Counted from the stretch's first letter, positions 19,877-29,977 are shown. The stretch: 64,000 bases of DNA from Leptolyngbyaceae cyanobacterium (GCA_965263355.1 CBDHHL010000056.1:1408001-1472000), one strand, 5' to 3'. Made by a program: numbers and translations. Notes: generated by a model from the sequence alone, not told the origin.

Positions 19877-21268
19877 ATGGTTTCCACTCTTCCTTTTACC
19901 AATCAGCCTGCTGATTCTAGCCTCCGCTACTTGGAGACCGACACATCGGCATCGCCTAATCAGCGGTTTTTACCGCTCAGTGCTCGGGTGAATGAGCATG
20001 ACCATCTGGAAGTTGGCGGTTGTGATGTGCCTGATTTGCTCAAGGAATTTGGTTCGCCCCTCTATATTTTGGATGAAATCACCCTGCGAACAGCTTGCCA
20101 GCACTATCGTCAGGCCTTTGCCCAGCACTATCCAGGGGAAAGCTTGGTGATGTATGCCTCAAAGGCATGGAACTGTTTAGCGGTATGTGCGATCGCAACC
20201 CAAGAAGGACTAGCCATTGATGTCGTCTCAGGGGGCGAACTCTTGACTGCCCTGCAAGCCGGAGTTAGTCCAGAAAACCTTTATTTTCACGGCAACAACA
20301 AGTCTCACAGTGAACTGCAGCAGGGCATAGAAACAGGCTGCCGGATTGTTGTTGATAACTGGCACGAACTCAACACCCTCAGCTCGTTAGCCAGTGTCAA
20401 CCTTCCTACCAATATATTGGTACGGATTACACCGGGCATTGAGTGTCACACCCACGAGTACATCAAAACTGGACATATCGACAGCAAATTTGGCTTTGAT
20501 CCCGACCAGCTAGAAGCGGTGTTTGCCCACATCGCCCAACAGCCGACCTTGAACTGCATTGGTCTCCACGCCCATATCGGCTCTCAAATTTTTGAACTAC
20601 AACCCCACCGCGATCTAGCTGAGGTATTGGTGCATTGGATGGAAACGGCAAAACGCTATGGCTTACCGATTACTGAACTGGATGTGGGGGGCGGTCTGGG
20701 GATTCGCTACACCGAAACCGATGACCCACCGAGCATTAGCGACTGGGTTCAGATCGTCTGCGAACATATGGTCAACGCTTGCGAGACGGCGAATGTCTCC
20801 CTACCCAGACTGATTTGTGAACCCGGTCGCTCCCTGATTGGCACCGCTTGTGTTACTGCCTACACCGTTGGTGGACAAAAGACAGTCCCCGGCCTTCGTA
20901 CTTATGCCGCCGTCGATGGCGGTATGTCCGATAATCCTCGCCCCATTACCTATCAATCGGTTTACAAAGTATTAGCCGCTAATAAGATGTCCACTCCCCT
21001 GAGTGAAACCATTACTCTAGCTGGCAAACATTGTGAATCGGGGGATGTCATCATCCATGACGCTCAGCTACCCAGACTGGCATCCGGGGATATTGTCGCT
21101 ATTCCTGCTACGGGGGCCTACAACTACAGCATGGCCTCAAACTACAATCGCATTCCTCGACCCGCTGCCGTGTTAGTTAACCATGGCCAGGCCGCCTTAA
21201 TATTAGAACGAGAAACTGATGCGGACTTAATCCGTTACGACCGACTCCCCAGTCATCTCAAACGTTAG
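19877..21268 (+). CDS. lysA: Diaminopimelate decarboxylase
   Basis: YASKA, HIGSQ, DVGGG, EPGRS, CESGD, GAY. Confidence 0.96.
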   Translation: MVSTLPFTNQPADSSLRYLETDTSASPNQRFLPLSARVNEHDHLEVGGCDVPDLLKEFGSPLYILDEITLRTACQHYRQAFAQHYPGESLVMYASKAWNCLAVCAIATQEGLAIDVVSGGELLTALQAGVSPENLYFHGNNKSHSELQQGIETGCRIVVDNWHELNTLSSLASVNLPTNILVRITPGIECHTHEYIKTGHIDSKFGFDPDQLEAVFAHIAQQPTLNCIGLHAHIGSQIFELQPHRDLAEVLVHWMETAKRYGLPITELDVGGGLGIRYTETDDPPSISDWVQIVCEHMVNACETANVSLPRLICEPGRSLIGTACVTAYTVGGQKTVPGLRTYAAVDGGMSDNPRPITYQSVYKVLAANKMSTPLSETITLAGKHCESGDVIIHDAQLPRLASGDIVAIPATGAYNYSMASNYNRIPRPAAVLVNHGQAALILERETDADLIRYDRLPSHLKR

Positions 21269-21398
21269 GTCGAGATCGCCACTGCCCCATGACATCCCGC
21301 CAAGCTGTTGCCTAGAATAGAGGCTAAGAGACACAGAAGCTGAGATTCACGTCCTAAGTCATCTTGGGTAATCTTGAAGTGGGCCATGCAGGCTTAAT

Positions 21399-21469
21399 TA
21401 AACCTTGTCCGCGTCTAAAACCGTCGTTTTTCCAGTGAAAAACCTACAGATTTATTTGGACGTGGTTTA
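21399..21469 (+). mobile_element. ~70-bp MITE-like repeat, copy A
   Basis: TA-AACC...GGTT-TA; aligns with copies at 22592, 26427, 49087. Confidence 0.75.
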
Positions 21470-21652
21470 TCCATAGTTGCTAGTCCATCAGCGGCCTCTC
21501 ATCTTGTAGAGCCGACTTTTTGAACTGGTGCATCCTGAGATTCCCAATGGCATCTCGTAAGTGCAATTAGTGACGGTCAACTGTGTGATATATCCGCAGG
21601 GTCCTGTTCGAAATTGAATCTTTGTACTGAAAACCCAGGTTGGGACTAACAC

Positions 21653-22507
21653 TTGCTAGGTCTGTTTGTTGTCCATATCATTGACATCGCACTTGTTCTC
21701 ATTCTCATCTACCTAATGCTGTTGGTTATTGGCGAACGCCGTAACCTATGGATGATTCGAGGATTGATTGTGCTGATGCTGGCAGCTGTCATTAGTGATG
21801 AGCTAGGGCTATCACTGCTGCACTTTGTGCTGAACAATTTATCCTTTGGGGCAGCCGTCGCTATGGCCTTGATGCTCCAGGCAGAAATCCGTCGGTTCTT
21901 AGAGCTTTTGGGACGGGGTGAAATCAGACAATTGTTTGCTTCCAGCAGAACGCCCACCTCTAGACCCGACGGTGTGATTGATGAATTGGTGGACGCTGTA
22001 CGTGAGCTGTCCCAAAAACGGACAGGGGCACTAATGATTTTAGAGCTTGGTCCCCCCATTGATGAAAATGACTTTTCGGTGCCTGGGGTGCGGCTAAATG
22101 CAGACCTCTCTAAGGAGTTGATCCAAACTATTTTTCAAACGACTACTCTACTTCACGATGGCGCTATCCTTATTCGCGCCTCTCGCGTCGTGGCGGCAGG
22201 AGTGATTTTACCAATTTCAGAACGGATTGCATCCCGTCAACTGGGCACTCGCCATAGAGCCGCCATGGGAATTACTGAGCGAATTGAAAACTGCCTGTGC
22301 ATCGTTGTTTCTGAAGAAACTGGCTCAATTTCTATTGCCCAGCGGGGCCGACTCAATCGCCCCCTGACCAGCAATCGTTTACGGGAACTACTACAGGAGC
22401 AGTTTACCCCAGCCGTTGAAAGCGACACCGTTGCGCCTGAATTATTAAACCTTGGTCGTCGACTGACTGGACTGTTGAAATGGACGCGACAGCTCGTTAG
22501 ACGTTAG
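21653..22507 (+). CDS. cdaA: Diadenylate cyclase
   Basis: Three N-terminal TM segments, HDGA and RHR motifs; follows lysA. Confidence 0.93.
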   Translation: MLGLFVVHIIDIALVLILIYLMLLVIGERRNLWMIRGLIVLMLAAVISDELGLSLLHFVLNNLSFGAAVAMALMLQAEIRRFLELLGRGEIRQLFASSRTPTSRPDGVIDELVDAVRELSQKRTGALMILELGPPIDENDFSVPGVRLNADLSKELIQTIFQTTTLLHDGAILIRASRVVAAGVILPISERIASRQLGTRHRAAMGITERIENCLCIVVSEETGSISIAQRGRLNRPLTSNRLRELLQEQFTPAVESDTVAPELLNLGRRLTGLLKWTRQLVRR

Positions 22508-22591
22508 ATCACTACACTTTTAGCCCGTCGTCATCCTATTTGCATCTGCTTATTCTGGTAGAAACCGGGCAAATTAAGTAGAAAGGCCTGC

Positions 22592-22664
22592 TAAGCCACG
22601 TCCAAGTTAAACCCTGTAGAGTCTTTACCGGAAAAACGACTGCTCTGGACATAGACAAGGTTTA
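22592..22664 (-). mobile_element. ~70-bp MITE-like repeat, copy B
   Basis: Reverse complement: taaaccttgtctatgtccagagcagtcgtttttccgg...cttggacgtggctta. Confidence 0.75.
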
Positions 22665-22742
22665 ATATGCTCCATTTAAAAAATATAGCTATGATGTAGT
22701 GAGAAATAAGCATATATACGCAGTGAGATAAGGATAATTGAA

Positions 22743-23033
22743 ATGTCAGTCAGCCAAGTTTCCCAGGAAAAAGTTCAAGCTCCTTTGTCAGAACGGGAGT
22801 TGCAAATTGTTGAGCTGGTTGCTGCTGGCTTAACCAACCAAGAAATCTCTGCCCAGTTAGAAATTAGTAAACGGACAGTTGATAACCACATCAGTAATGT
22901 CTTGAATAAAACCGCTACGGGTAATCGGGTTGCCCTGGTTCGCTGGGCGTTGAAATGGGGCAAAGTCTGTATCGATGACGTTAACTGCTGCAATTTGCCC
23001 AATGCCAATGGACAGCAGGAGTTGGCGTCTTGA
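22743..23033 (+). CDS. pedR: Small LuxR-type redox regulator PedR
   Basis: LSERELQIVELVAAGLTN...ISKRTVDNH plus Cys-rich tail GKVCIDDVNCC. Confidence 0.88.
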   Translation: MSVSQVSQEKVQAPLSERELQIVELVAAGLTNQEISAQLEISKRTVDNHISNVLNKTATGNRVALVRWALKWGKVCIDDVNCCNLPNANGQQELAS

Positions 23034-23123
23034 AAAGGTGAGAGTGAGCTTCCCTTAAGCCTGTCGTTACGCCTTGGTGCATGCCCGGTAGGGCTTTAGG
23101 GTAGTGAGTGGTGAGATCATTTG

Positions 23124-23145
23124 GTAGGGTGGGCAATGCCCCCAC
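23124..23145 (+). repeat. GTAG-type REP-like element
   Basis: gtagggtgggcaatgcccccac. Confidence 0.5.
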
Positions 23146-23167
23146 TGTAGTTTTTACCCGTTCACTG

Positions 23168-24451
23168 ATGAGCAATATTCAGGCCTTGCGAGGTACCCGT
23201 GACATTCTGCCCGATGAGGTGACGGTCTGGCAGCATGTGGAAGCGACAGCACGTGATATTCTCAATCGCGCTGCCTATCGGGAAATTCGTCCGCCGATGT
23301 TTGAGCAGACAGAGTTATTTGCCCGAGGGATTGGTGAAGCGACTGATGTGGTGGGCAAGGAAATGTACTCCTTTGAAGACCGGGGTGGTCGCTCAATTAC
23401 ACTGCGGCCTGAAATTACAGCTGGTCTAGTTAGAGCCTGTATCAGTAACAAGCTATTTGCTAGCGGTGGGGTACAGCGGTTGTGGCACACGGGGCCAGCG
23501 TTTCGCTACGAGCGACCTCAAAAGGGCCGACAGCGACAGTTCCATCAGTTGGATGTGGAAATTTTGGGGAGTCGCGATCCGCGGGCAGATGTGGAAGTGA
23601 TTGCGATCGCAAACGATTTGCTCCAAACCTTAGGATTAAAAGCACTCAAATTAGATATCAACTCCGTTGGCCAGGGCGACGATCGCCAAAACTATCGTGA
23701 GGCCCTGGTCAACTATCTGACCCCCTATAAGGATGAATTAGACGCAGATTCTCAAGATCGCCTCACCCGCAACCCCCTGCGCATCCTTGATAGTAAAGAT
23801 AGCCGTACCCAGGAAATTGTCAAAGACGCTCCCAGCTTGCTAGATCACCTCAGCAATGACTCACAGCGTCACTTTGATCAAGTACAGCAGCAGCTCAGTG
23901 CCCTCGATATCAGTTTCACGATCAACCCCCGTTTAGTCCGCGGTCTTGATTACTACACCCACACCGCCTTTGAGATTATGTCCGAAGATCTGGGTGCCCA
24001 GGCCACTGTGTGCGGCGGCGGTCGCTACGATGGATTGGTTCAGCAATTAGGTGGTCCAGAGGTGCCAGCCATCGGTTTTGCCATCGGTCTAGAACGACTG
24101 ACAATCCTACTTCAACAGCTCCAAAGTATCCCTGCCCAAACCCTGGATTTCTATCTCGTTTCCCGTGGCGAAACGGCAGAACCCGCTACTACAATTCTGG
24201 CTCAGAAGCTTCGTCATCAAGGATTTTCAGTCGAAGTCGATCTGAGCGGTAGCGCCTTTGGCAAGCAGTTTAAGCGGGCCGACCGTAGCGGAGCCATCGG
24301 TTGCTTAATTATGGGGGATGCCGAAGCGGCAGGCGGGACTGTTCAGCTTAAGTGGCTAAGGTCGGGCGAACAATCAGAATTAGTACAATCTGATCTGATT
24401 GCACAAGCTGATACCCTAAGAACCAAGCTCGAAACCCTACGCCAGTCGTAA
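23168..24451 (+). CDS. hisS: Histidine--tRNA ligase
   Basis: RGTRD, LRPE, FRYERPQKGRQRQFHQ, LVRGLDYY, GGGRYD. Confidence 0.97.
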   Translation: MSNIQALRGTRDILPDEVTVWQHVEATARDILNRAAYREIRPPMFEQTELFARGIGEATDVVGKEMYSFEDRGGRSITLRPEITAGLVRACISNKLFASGGVQRLWHTGPAFRYERPQKGRQRQFHQLDVEILGSRDPRADVEVIAIANDLLQTLGLKALKLDINSVGQGDDRQNYREALVNYLTPYKDELDADSQDRLTRNPLRILDSKDSRTQEIVKDAPSLLDHLSNDSQRHFDQVQQQLSALDISFTINPRLVRGLDYYTHTAFEIMSEDLGAQATVCGGGRYDGLVQQLGGPEVPAIGFAIGLERLTILLQQLQSIPAQTLDFYLVSRGETAEPATTILAQKLRHQGFSVEVDLSGSAFGKQFKRADRSGAIGCLIMGDAEAAGGTVQLKWLRSGEQSELVQSDLIAQADTLRTKLETLRQS

Positions 24452-24536
24452 AAAAATTTCCTCAGTTTGAATTATGGGTTTTAAGTTAGCGCTGCAACTC
24501 ATAATTCAAAGTCCAAAACTTATCATTCTCAAAGAA

Positions 24537-25088
24537 ATGGCCAGACTAGAGGTCACTACAACCTATCTGGAAATGCAGTCTGTGCAGCAGATTATTCCTG
24601 CGCCGCCCACAGTGCTAACCCTCGCAGAAGCCACCATTCCCTGTCCAGAATTTCAGCGATTTCTCTACACAGCGGTAGGGGGATCATGGTACTGGATGGA
24701 CCGCCTACGTTGGACCTATCAACAGTGGTTAGACTATCTTAGCCAGGATACTGTGCGCATTTGGGTTGGTTATGTTGAGGGCGTGCCAGCGGGTTACTTT
24801 GAATTATCACGGCAACCTGATCGCAGTGCCAAAATTGAATATTTTGGTCTATTGCCTCAGTTTATTGGCCAGGGGCACGGTGGCTATTTGCTTACCCTGG
24901 CCCTCAAAACTGCCTGGGAACTTACATCCACACGTATTTGGGTGCATACCAACTCGATCGACGGTCCCTATGCCCTGAGAAATTACCAGGCGCGGGGGTT
25001 GGTCATTTATGACCAACGGCAGCATCTCTTTGACCTGCCCCGAACCGCACCCGGCCCATGGCCTGGAGCCCTCAGTCCCCACCGCTGA
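24537..25088 (+). CDS. GNAT family N-acetyltransferase
   Basis: YFGLLPQFIGQGHGG...WVHT...ALRNYQARG. Confidence 0.9.
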   Translation: MARLEVTTTYLEMQSVQQIIPAPPTVLTLAEATIPCPEFQRFLYTAVGGSWYWMDRLRWTYQQWLDYLSQDTVRIWVGYVEGVPAGYFELSRQPDRSAKIEYFGLLPQFIGQGHGGYLLTLALKTAWELTSTRIWVHTNSIDGPYALRNYQARGLVIYDQRQHLFDLPRTAPGPWPGALSPHR

Positions 25089-25190
25089 TAAGGCTAAGGT
25101 TTAAGAATTATCCCTACTTAACCAAGGCTACTGGCAGTGATGCTAGCGTAAACGGGATCAGACGTAGACCAGCTTTAGTTGATTGTGCAT

Positions 25191-25889
25191 ATGGTTCAAG
25201 AACCATTTCAAGATGCCTTTGATAAGTCTTCTGAGTCGCCCCTAACTCAACCTAAGAGTCGGTCAGAACTGGTGAATTTTATTGCAGCTGCCCGTAATAA
25301 AGGGGCCTCTGATGACTTTATTAGCGGTCTATTAAGGAGTTTTGGCTGGCCCCAGAGAGAAATTGAGCGGGCCTATTTTGTCGTTTACGAAGAGCTGGTA
25401 GGGTTGCCCATTCCTGCCCCTGCTAGTGGCCCAGGAGAATCAGCTCGCGATGCCTTTGTTTATTTGCTATCGTTTGTTACCTTAGGCATCTGGACCCAGG
25501 CACTAGGTGAAATTGGGTTTGTTTTAATCAATCATGTCATTCCTGCTCCCCTTAGTCGTTCTGGCGACTCATCATTTCAAGTAGCCTTTTGTCTGGCCCG
25601 TCTGTTGGTGGCCTATCCGTTATATTTACTACTAATGCGCAGGATTTTGCAGGAACTCTCCATCTATCGTGAGAAAACCTATTCTGGCGTACGCAAATGG
25701 CTGACCTATTTAGCCCTGTTGTTAGTCGCTCTAGTGGGCATCGGTACCCTGATGGCACTTTTGACATCATTTCTACGGGGCGATTTGACCCATCGCTTTT
25801 TACTCAAGGTGCTGGTTATTTTAGTCATTGACGGTAGCGTACTGACCTATTACTACCAGTGGGTGCAAAGACGTCCAGCCCAGGCCTAG
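25191..25889 (+). CDS. DUF5671-like membrane protein
   Basis: SARDAFVYL...RKWLTYL...FLRGDLT.RFLLK; multiple TMs; N-terminal GW motif domain. Confidence 0.75.
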   Translation: MVQEPFQDAFDKSSESPLTQPKSRSELVNFIAAARNKGASDDFISGLLRSFGWPQREIERAYFVVYEELVGLPIPAPASGPGESARDAFVYLLSFVTLGIWTQALGEIGFVLINHVIPAPLSRSGDSSFQVAFCLARLLVAYPLYLLLMRRILQELSIYREKTYSGVRKWLTYLALLLVALVGIGTLMALLTSFLRGDLTHRFLLKVLVILVIDGSVLTYYYQWVQRRPAQA

Positions 25890-25905
25890 CCCTACCCATT
25901 GAGAG

Positions 25906-26331
25906 ATGACGAAGCATTCAATGTTTGATTACTTTTTTGCCTCCCTGGCCACCCTAGCGGTAACCGCTGGTGCAGTAGCTGGCTTTTGGATCTTAGGCAC
26001 CCCTGGTCAACAGCGATTGATCATGAGTGACCAGCAACGGTTAGAAGATTTGAATGCGATCGCGAATACCCTCTATTGGCAAAATCAGGATCAAACTGAC
26101 TATATCCTGCCGGATCAGCTACCCCCCGAAGACCAACGAGAGGATCCCACCACCCAAGCAATTTATCAGTACAACAAAATTGACGAGACCCACTATCAAC
26201 TCTGTGCCAACTTCGCCACCGACAGCAGCACCCATAAACTGGCCAATGCTAATCAACGCAATTGGCAACATCCCCAGGGGCGCTATTGCTTTGAGCTAGA
26301 CATTAGTCAGCAACCCCCTGCGCTCTACTAG
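25906..26331 (+). CDS. Membrane-anchored hypothetical protein (pilin-like partner)
   Basis: Single TM, G.PGQQR...DQQRLEDL, DP.T...YQY, YQLCANF, H..G.YCF. Confidence 0.7.
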   Translation: MTKHSMFDYFFASLATLAVTAGAVAGFWILGTPGQQRLIMSDQQRLEDLNAIANTLYWQNQDQTDYILPDQLPPEDQREDPTTQAIYQYNKIDETHYQLCANFATDSSTHKLANANQRNWQHPQGRYCFELDISQQPPALY

Positions 26332-26426
26332 CAATCCATGGCCTCTCACAAACCTCTGACATAGAGCCTTTCCATCACGGCAGGTTCAGCCGATTTTCAG
26401 CAGATTTTCAGCTGTATAGGGGTTAA

Positions 26427-26499
26427 TAAATCTTGTCTACGTCCAGAACGGTCGTTTTTCCGGTTAAGAATCTACAGGGTTCAACTTGGATACGGTTTA
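26427..26499 (+). mobile_element. ~70-bp MITE-like repeat, copy C
   Basis: taaatcttgtctacgtccagaacggtcgtttttccgg...cttggatacggttta. Confidence 0.75.
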
Positions 26500-26571
26500 T
26501 CAGCCTATTTACGTTAACCACCTACAAGCAACCATCCCTCTCACCCCCTTTTTCCCTATTAGGAGACTTAC

Positions 26572-27540
26572 ATGAGCTACCTTGAAACCACAGCTAAGTT
26601 CTACAGTGATGTGGCCGAAGATCCCATGGTGGGACTTTGTTGTGTACAGAGCACCCCACTGCAACTGCCAGGTCTAAATGTGCCTACTTTGATGCAGGAA
26701 ATGAACTATGGCTGCGGCACAACCGTTCATCCATCTGAACTGTCGGGCGCTCCGACGGTACTTTATGTTGGCGTTGGTGGCGGGATTGAAGCTTTACAAT
26801 TTGCATATTTTTCACGTCGGCCCCAGGCGGTGATTGCGGTTGACCCTGTCGATGCTATGCGAGATGCGGCCCAGCGTAATCTTGCGATCGCAGCCAAAGA
26901 AAATGACTGGTTTGACCCCAGCTTTGTTGATATTCGCCAGGGAGATGCCTTTAATTTGCCCCTGCCTGACAATTCCGTTGATGTCATGGCTCAGAACTGT
27001 TTATTTAACATTTTTGAACCGACTGATTTAGCAAGGGCTCTGCAAGAAGCCTACCGTGTAATTAAACCCGGTGGTCGATTAGTGATGAGCGATCCGATTG
27101 CCACCCGTCCCATCCCCCTCCATCTACAAACAGATGAGCGTTTGCGTGCCCTCTGCCTATCTGGGGCGCTTACCTATAATGAGTACATTCAGGCTCTAAT
27201 TGACACAGGGTTTGGACAAGTAGAAATTCGTGCCCGTCGTCCCTATCGTTTACTGGGCAAAGAAACCTATCAGCTAGAGCAAGCACTTCTACTAGAAAGC
27301 TTAGATTCCGTTTCCTTTAAAGTGCCTATTCCCCCTGATGGAGCCTGTGTTTTTACTGGTAAAACAGCAATTTACGCTGGCACAGAAGAATATCTTGATG
27401 ATCAAGCTGGACATATTATGCAACCAGGTATTCCCTTGGCAGTGTGTGACAAAACAGCCAATAAATTAGCCGGTAATTTTCCTGATGAGATTGTCGTAAC
27501 GCCATCCACCTGGTTTTACGATGGCGGTGGCTGTTGTTAA
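26572..27540 (+). CDS. arsM: Arsenite S-adenosylmethionine methyltransferase (arsenosugar-type ArsM)
   Basis: GLCC, NYGCG, SAM motif YVGVGGG, QNCLFN, LCLSGA, C-terminal GGGCC. Confidence 0.85.
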   Translation: MSYLETTAKFYSDVAEDPMVGLCCVQSTPLQLPGLNVPTLMQEMNYGCGTTVHPSELSGAPTVLYVGVGGGIEALQFAYFSRRPQAVIAVDPVDAMRDAAQRNLAIAAKENDWFDPSFVDIRQGDAFNLPLPDNSVDVMAQNCLFNIFEPTDLARALQEAYRVIKPGGRLVMSDPIATRPIPLHLQTDERLRALCLSGALTYNEYIQALIDTGFGQVEIRARRPYRLLGKETYQLEQALLLESLDSVSFKVPIPPDGACVFTGKTAIYAGTEEYLDDQAGHIMQPGIPLAVCDKTANKLAGNFPDEIVVTPSTWFYDGGGCC

Positions 27541-27551
27541 CTAAACCATTG

Positions 27552-28157
27552 CTAGACCAGACGCCGCATCAGCCAGTAGCCATAACCTACCGTCACAAAC
27601 CCTAACCAAAAAGCAGGTTCTGGCACGGATTGCGGCGCTGATTGCATATCTGAGTCATCATCCAAGTCATCAGAGTTAGGGGGCAATGGTAGGGACACTG
27701 TATAGTTAACAACTCCTCGGTAAAGATTTGCCCCCATAACATATCCAAAGGCACTGTTGTCAATTGCAAAACCATCCACTAAAACATTTTTAATTAGGGA
27801 TATCTCTGTTGGCCTATCTCCTAAACGGGACACAATATAGGTACTGCCGATAAACTCACCGTCCTGAAAGTTAACCCTTGGAGAGTTAGCATCAATATCT
27901 CGAACATCATTAGCTTCTGTAAACTCAAGCCCCCCAAAGTTGAAGTTAATCGATGTCAGTGGCAGAGTTTCTTTGCCAGTCCCTATTAAACCAGTCACAT
28001 CAACAGACTTGTTCCCAGTGTACTGTTCACCGGTAAGGGGCCCCGATGTGACATCAACCGTAAAGTCATAGAAAACAGTTTGTGCAAACGATATCTTTGC
28101 ATTAGAAAGTGTTAGCAGGGCAGAGGTTGCCACTGTAAACCAAATGCGATTCATCAT
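27552..28157 (-). CDS. PEP-CTERM sorting-domain surface protein
   Basis: Signal peptide; C-terminal VPEP + TM + RR. Confidence 0.85.
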   Translation of the reverse strand: MMNRIWFTVATSALLTLSNAKISFAQTVFYDFTVDVTSGPLTGEQYTGNKSVDVTGLIGTGKETLPLTSINFNFGGLEFTEANDVRDIDANSPRVNFQDGEFIGSTYIVSRLGDRPTEISLIKNVLVDGFAIDNSAFGYVMGANLYRGVVNYTVSLPLPPNSDDLDDDSDMQSAPQSVPEPAFWLGFVTVGYGYWLMRRLV

Positions 28158-28527
28158 TACCAGCTCACCTCAGCGCATTGGGATGATGGTCTGAAACCAG
28201 TTTCCCAGGTCAATGGGTCGTTTTTTCTCAAGTAAAACGACAAATCATAAACAAGATTCGACCATTACGAGTCTCCGTATCTATACGCTAAACAACAGAG
28301 ACAACAAAAACGCCAGTAACAACAAGGAAATTTGGTTAATGCATTGGTTGAATTTGCAATTAACGATTCTGAATATTTGCGGACCTATGGGCAACGCGAT
28401 CAAATTATTTAAAGCATTAAGTACTATTTTTTTCAGCTTAATGTCGGATGATCATGTGGCTGACCTAACGTCTTAAGCCTATGATTAAACTGTTAGCAGC
28501 TTAGAGACCATGGGCAACGAGCACATA

Positions 28528-29265
28528 ATGGAGCTAGAGCTTAAAGTTTGGCGACAGGCAAACCCACAACAGCAAGGGCATCTAGAGACCTATCAACTGT
28601 CTGGGGTATCTCCCGATATGTCTTTTCTAGAAATGCTGGATCTGTTAAATGAGCAGTTAATAAGAGCGGGGCAAACTCCGGTTGAGTTTGATCACGATTG
28701 TCGAGAAGGGATCTGTGGTTCTTGCAACCTAATGGTTAATGGTCAAGCCCACGGTCCTCAACAGGGAACAGCTATCTGTCAGCTGTATATGCGAAAGTTT
28801 CAGGCTGGCGACACAATAGTGATCGAACCGTGGCGGGCTCAAGCGTTCCCGATTGTTAAAGACTTGGTCGTGGACCGCAGTGCGTTTGACCGGATTATGG
28901 CGGCGGGGGGATTCATCTCTGTTAAAACCGGTTCAGCTCCTGAAGCCAATAGTATTGCAGTTGCCCCTGGTCAGGCTCAAACAGCCTTTGACTATGCCAC
29001 TTGCATTGGCTGTGGTGCCTGTGTAGCTGCCTGCCCTAATGCTTCAGCATCGTTGTTTACAGCGGCTAAGATATCTCACCTGGCACTGTTACCCCAGGGT
29101 CATCCTGAACGTCAACAGCGGGTCCTAAATATGACCCATCAAATGACCGCTGAGGGCTTTGGTGATTGTTCTAACCATGGGGAATGTCAGGCGGTATGTC
29201 CCAAAGGAATTTCCATTGATGCGATCGCAACCATGCGACGTGAATACGTCCAGGCCATTTTTTAA
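28528..29265 (+). CDS. sdhB: Succinate dehydrogenase/fumarate reductase Fe-S subunit
   Basis: CREGICGSC, CIGCGACVAACP, CSNHGECQAVCP. Confidence 0.95.
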   Translation: MELELKVWRQANPQQQGHLETYQLSGVSPDMSFLEMLDLLNEQLIRAGQTPVEFDHDCREGICGSCNLMVNGQAHGPQQGTAICQLYMRKFQAGDTIVIEPWRAQAFPIVKDLVVDRSAFDRIMAAGGFISVKTGSAPEANSIAVAPGQAQTAFDYATCIGCGACVAACPNASASLFTAAKISHLALLPQGHPERQQRVLNMTHQMTAEGFGDCSNHGECQAVCPKGISIDAIATMRREYVQAIF

Positions 29266-29278
29266 CGCCTATTATCTA

Positions 29279-29320
29279 AATCCTTGTAGGGTCGTTCCAT
29301 GGAACGACCCTACAAGGATT
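29279..29320. repeat. Perfect 42-bp palindrome (GTAG REP-type) between convergent genes
   Basis: aatccttgtagggtcgttcca|tggaacgaccctacaaggatt. Confidence 0.85.
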
Positions 29321-29326
29321 CATTGG

Positions 29327-29884
29327 TTAGGCCTGCAGTTCGTCCAAACGGGCTAAAACCTCCTGGCTATGGATCACCGGACGCACACCGAGAAAACGCT
29401 CACGCATGATCCCATCTGGATCGATCAAATAAGTATGACGCATGGACATCGGCTTCATCCAAGAACCATAGGCACTGCTCACTGCACCATCCGTATCCGC
29501 TAACAATGGAAACCTTAAGCCTTCAGAATCACAAAATTCAGCATGGCTATCCACATCATCAACGCTGACCCCAATCACCTGGGTATTGCGTTGAATAAAC
29601 TCTGGTAAATCCCGCTGAAACCGCTGGGCTTCTAACGTACAACCGGACGTAAAATCCTTAGGATAAAAATAAAGTACAACCCACTGGCCCCGATAATCCG
29701 ACAGGGAGATTTCCCCATCTCCCACATTGGTTGGCAGAGTGAACCCAGGAGCAGGCACTCCCAAAGGCACTTGTTTACCGCCAAGAGCTTGAGCAGGGGA
29801 TGATGGTCCCAGGATCAGCACAGCCAACAACAACAGTGGCACAACCCAACGGTGAATAAAACGACGGACTAACAAACGTGTCAT
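29327..29884 (-). CDS. Peroxiredoxin (BCP/PrxQ type) with signal peptide
   Basis: VLYFYPKDFTSGCTLEA; N-terminal export signal. Confidence 0.92.
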   Translation of the reverse strand: MTRLLVRRFIHRWVVPLLLLAVLILGPSSPAQALGGKQVPLGVPAPGFTLPTNVGDGEISLSDYRGQWVVLYFYPKDFTSGCTLEAQRFQRDLPEFIQRNTQVIGVSVDDVDSHAEFCDSEGLRFPLLADTDGAVSSAYGSWMKPMSMRHTYLIDPDGIMRERFLGVRPVIHSQEVLARLDELQA

Positions 29885-29977
29885 AAGCAAGATCAACGAA
29901 GCAAATACTTTACTTAAATTAACATTTTCAGTCAATCTAGCGGGTTGTCTCGGGGCCTATGCGTAGCGTCAACGCGC

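Noticed and set aside
21269..21652. Riboswitch or ncRNA between lysA and cdaA
   Set aside because: No recognisable c-di-AMP or lysine riboswitch motifs by eye; an Rfam scan would be needed
21602..21652. In-frame NPGWD* upstream of cdaA suggesting a nonsense mutation
   Set aside because: Match too short and no clear start nearby; the ORF from 21653 retains all TM segments and motifs
21399..26499. 70-bp elements as integron attC sites
   Set aside because: Ends do not fit RYYYAAC/GTTRRRY, orientation is mixed, they flank housekeeping genes and no integrase is present
28213..28476. 87-aa ORF between the PEP-CTERM gene and sdhB
   Set aside because: AT-rich divergent promoter region with no motif or clear SD
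28528..29265. sdhB without sdhA/sdhC
   Set aside because: Scattered sdh genes are normal in cyanobacteria
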